From IMG/VR virus record IMGVR_UViG_2935124990_000001, positions 27,888-91,887 of that record: a stretch of 64,000 bases of DNA. One strand, written 5' to 3'. The DNA comes from a virus (taxonomy: Duplodnaviria; Caudoviricetes). Shown here piece by piece: positions 61,605 through 64,000 of this stretch. Each line of letters opens with the position of its first letter. Position 1 is the first letter of the stretch. The notes under the pieces were generated by a model that was not told the origin of the DNA, did no database searches, and saw only the letters and a list, made by a program, of their open reading frames with translations. Both the position numbers and the translations under genes were made by a program.

Positions 61605-61883
61605 ATGGCCGACGACGCCGAATACCGCCGCCTCGTGGAGCAGCGCTCCATGGCCCTCGACTACCTCGAAGCCCTCGATACCGACTTCCCGTTCGCCGCC
61701 GCCCGCCGCGCGCTCCTCGGCATCCTCGACGACGGACGCCTCAACGGCCCCCTCTGCGGCAAGACCACCGCCACCGACGGCACCGAGTACCCGCCTTGCG
61801 CCCGGCCAGCTGAGCACCCCGAGGCGTACTGCCGGGCCGCTGGCCGCCAGGCGTACTTCATCGCCACCGAGGGGGCCCGGTGA
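61605..61883 (+). CDS. Hypothetical protein
   Basis: AAGGA RBS; LCG..PCARPAEH. Confidence 0.62.
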   Translation: MADDAEYRRLVEQRSMALDYLEALDTDFPFAAARRALLGILDDGRLNGPLCGKTTATDGTEYPPCARPAEHPEAYCRAAGRQAYFIATEGAR

Positions 61884-62347
61884 CCACCCAGCCCCAGCGC
61901 CTCCACCACCTCCTCGACCGGGCCAGGCGCGGCGTTATCCTCCCCGCCGAGGGTGAGCAGCTCGCCGAGATGGTCGGGGAGCTGGAGCAGCAGGTCGACG
62001 CAGCCCGCGCCACGACCCGGCGGCTCAACTACCGCGCACAGCAAGCCGAGTCCAAGAACGCCGCCTTCCAGCGAGCCGTCGACCAGTGGGACGTCAACGA
62101 ACGCGGCACGTACATCACACACGGCAGCCTCCGGGCCATCGGGATCGCCGCCGGAACGGACATCCTCGGCAGCGTCCGGCACCTCAAGCACTTCCAGCGG
62201 GTGGAACAGGCCGAGGCCCGCGTGGCCGCACTGGAGGCCGACAACGCCCGCTACGAGGAAGTCGTCGGCGAACTCAACGAGGCCAACCTCACACTTCAGC
62301 GCGAGGTGGCCCGCCTGGCCGCCGGGCGCGCACCCACGACCCCGTGA
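61880..62347 (+). CDS. Coiled-coil hypothetical protein
   Basis: GTGA overlap; heptad pattern. Confidence 0.68.
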   Translation: MTTQPQRLHHLLDRARRGVILPAEGEQLAEMVGELEQQVDAARATTRRLNYRAQQAESKNAAFQRAVDQWDVNERGTYITHGSLRAIGIAAGTDILGSVRHLKHFQRVEQAEARVAALEADNARYEEVVGELNEANLTLQREVARLAAGRAPTTP

Positions 62348-62496
62348 CCAGGCACCCCGTCTGCCAGTGGTGCGAGCGCCCTCCCGCCGGCACGCCCACA
62401 TGGTGGGACGGACAGCCACAATGCGAAGACCTCTTCGCCTGCCAACGGCGGGCCGTCGACCAGGACGGGCACAGCGAAGGCGCGGCTGGCACCTGA
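62344..62496 (+). CDS. Small Cys4 protein
   Basis: GTGA overlap; CQWC..QCEDLFAC. Confidence 0.5.
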   Translation: MTRHPVCQWCERPPAGTPTWWDGQPQCEDLFACQRRAVDQDGHSEGAAGT

Positions 62497-62871
62497 GCAC
62501 CAACCGCGCCTTCGACCCTGCCCCGCCCCGCCCCCTGAAAGAGGGTCAGAGAAATGGCGGGAAACCCTGAACCACTTGGCGCGCTGCGATACGCCCAAGC
62601 GTTCCAAAAGCTCCCCGCCACGTTCCGGACAGGTTGCGGGAATTCCCTGCTGCAAGACCGAAACCGAACACGCTTCACGGTTTGGTCGGGATTCCCACAC
62701 ATGCCCCGCCCACCCAGGACGCTGCGAAGATCCGCAGGCCAGCGAGGCACCAGCCCAGCATCGTAGGTAAACAGCCGGTTTTCTAGGGACACTTTTCAGC
62801 GCTAAAGCCAGCACCCGCCACTAGGCTTTCGGCAGTACCGCATGCCGCATACACCGGGGGAATACCAGCAC

Positions 62872-63708
62872 ATGAGCAAGGTTAGTAAGGCAGCCCTTCG
62901 TAATCTTCTGACGGAGCGTCGGGCGCTGATCGACCCCACCGGACACGGCTTCCTTCGCCCCACCAAGCAAGGCCGCCGCGCCCCCGGGCTGACACAACAC
63001 CAGGTCGACGAACTGACCACCCGGTCAGCAGGAACGTACCGGCGCCTCGAATCCGGAACGTACCCGAACCCCCCAGCGGACTACCTGCGTGACGTCGCGA
63101 CCCTCCTCGGCCTCAACGAGCAGGAATGGACCAGCCTCTGCCGGTACGCGGGCATCGGCGACCCCCCAGGACCCCTCACCTCCGAGTCCGGGAAACAAGT
63201 CCCCGGCGTATGGCAGGAAGCCGTCGACGGGATGCTCCACCCTGCCTACGTCACCGACGCATCCTGGGAGCTCATAGCCCACAACCGGGAGTTCGCCCGC
63301 CTCTTCCCAGGCGGGCAGGTGCCCCGCAACACCATGCGGTGGATGGTGTTGGAGAAGGGTGGCCGGCGCATGCTCACCGACTGGCATACCGCCTGGGCGC
63401 CCCTCGTCCTCCCCCAACTCCGGGCCGCCCTCTCCACCCGGCCCGACGACCCGATCCTCCGCCGACTCGAGCACGACGTCCTCGCCGACCCGGACTGCGC
63501 GCCCATCTGGTCCGGGGCGGTCGCCCACATCCACCCTGACGGCGACGAGCGCCCTCTCCTCCACGCCGAGGACGGCCCCGGCTGGGTGACGATGTGCGCG
63601 GCGCAGCCGATGACCGCCCCCGGGGCCCGTCTGATCGTGCTGGTCTTCCATGCCGGGGAGTCCCGGGCGCACGCCCGCACCCCCGTTCTCCGCGCCCCCT
63701 CCACCTGA
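62872..63708 (+). CDS. MmyB-like XRE-HTH regulator with PAS-like ligand-binding domain
   Basis: LRNLLTERRALIDP..GRRAPGLTQ..YRRLESG..PAYVTDASWELIAHN..NTMRW. Confidence 0.85.
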   Translation: MSKVSKAALRNLLTERRALIDPTGHGFLRPTKQGRRAPGLTQHQVDELTTRSAGTYRRLESGTYPNPPADYLRDVATLLGLNEQEWTSLCRYAGIGDPPGPLTSESGKQVPGVWQEAVDGMLHPAYVTDASWELIAHNREFARLFPGGQVPRNTMRWMVLEKGGRRMLTDWHTAWAPLVLPQLRAALSTRPDDPILRRLEHDVLADPDCAPIWSGAVAHIHPDGDERPLLHAEDGPGWVTMCAAQPMTAPGARLIVLVFHAGESRAHARTPVLRAPST

Positions 63709-63728
63709 CGAGCCAGCACCCGCAAGCC

Positions 63729-63770
63729 GAGGCCACCTGCGCGCACCACCCCCATCGCGCAGGTGGCCTC
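63729..63770 (+). terminator. Perfect 15-bp hairpin after the regulator gene
   Basis: GAGGCCACCTGCGCG / CGCGCAGGTGGCCTC. Confidence 0.65.
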
Positions 63771-64000
63771 CTCCATGCCCCAGGCCCGCACCCGAGCAGC
63801 CTTCGAACCGCAGCCACCACCCCGCCGGGCACACCCGCACCACCGGCCACAGCAACCACAAACAGACCGCCCGCCCCGTTCCCCACCCCGCTGATCAGGG
63901 GCAATACCGGCTGGCACGTGCCATATGTTGTGCAGACCACCGCCGCCCAGGCCTGCCGGAGGATGTCGTGCCCGCCTACATAGCCCAACCCGTCACCGTG

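Larger units (their letters stand above)
1..64000. mobile_element. Streptomyces-type phage-plasmid: siphoviral morphogenesis and lysis genes, TraB/Spd conjugation module, Rep/DnaB replicon; both ends lie outside the window
   Basis: No housekeeping genes seen; full virion operon, FtsK-type TraB, GntR, rep with iterons and DnaB are contiguous. Confidence 0.88.

Noticed and set aside
1-64000. attL/attR, host genes, ParA/ParB, rRNA, reverse transcriptase or DGR
   Set aside because: None recognisable in this window; integration state and partition system cannot be determined

Overview
High-GC (Streptomyces-like) window that appears to lie entirely within one mobile element combining a siphovirus and a conjugative plasmid. 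It contains a complete minus-strand virion and lysis operon (terS, terL, portal, scaffold, decoration, capsid, neck, tail tube, frameshifting chaperones, tape measure, tail tip, peptidase, endolysin, holins and a GDPD-bearing fibre; 14.8-43.5 kb). Next to it are a Streptomyces TraB/Spd-type transfer module under a GntR (KorSA/TraR-like) repressor (44.6-52.5 kb) and a replicon made of an iteron-containing rep gene plus a DnaB-like helicase (53.2-55.8 kb). The rest holds ERF, a damaged C5-methyltransferase, a WhiB-LuxR fusion, a Cre-like recombinase coupled to a Tyr-less partner, and many small accessory genes. The most notable non-coding signals are: (1) dif/lox-like sites and a 36-bp direct repeat at accessory-gene boundaries beside the recombinase pair; (2) microgene arrays joined by conserved stop-RBS-start junction repeats; (3) a four-site palindromic operator in identical register over -35 boxes, next to a divergent tandem-RHH/WYL gene pair; (4) a covarying RNA hairpin before the two high-copy virion gene groups; (5) a shared late-leader motif; and (6) a candidate type I toxin locus. 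All calls come from reading motifs by eye; no database searches were run.
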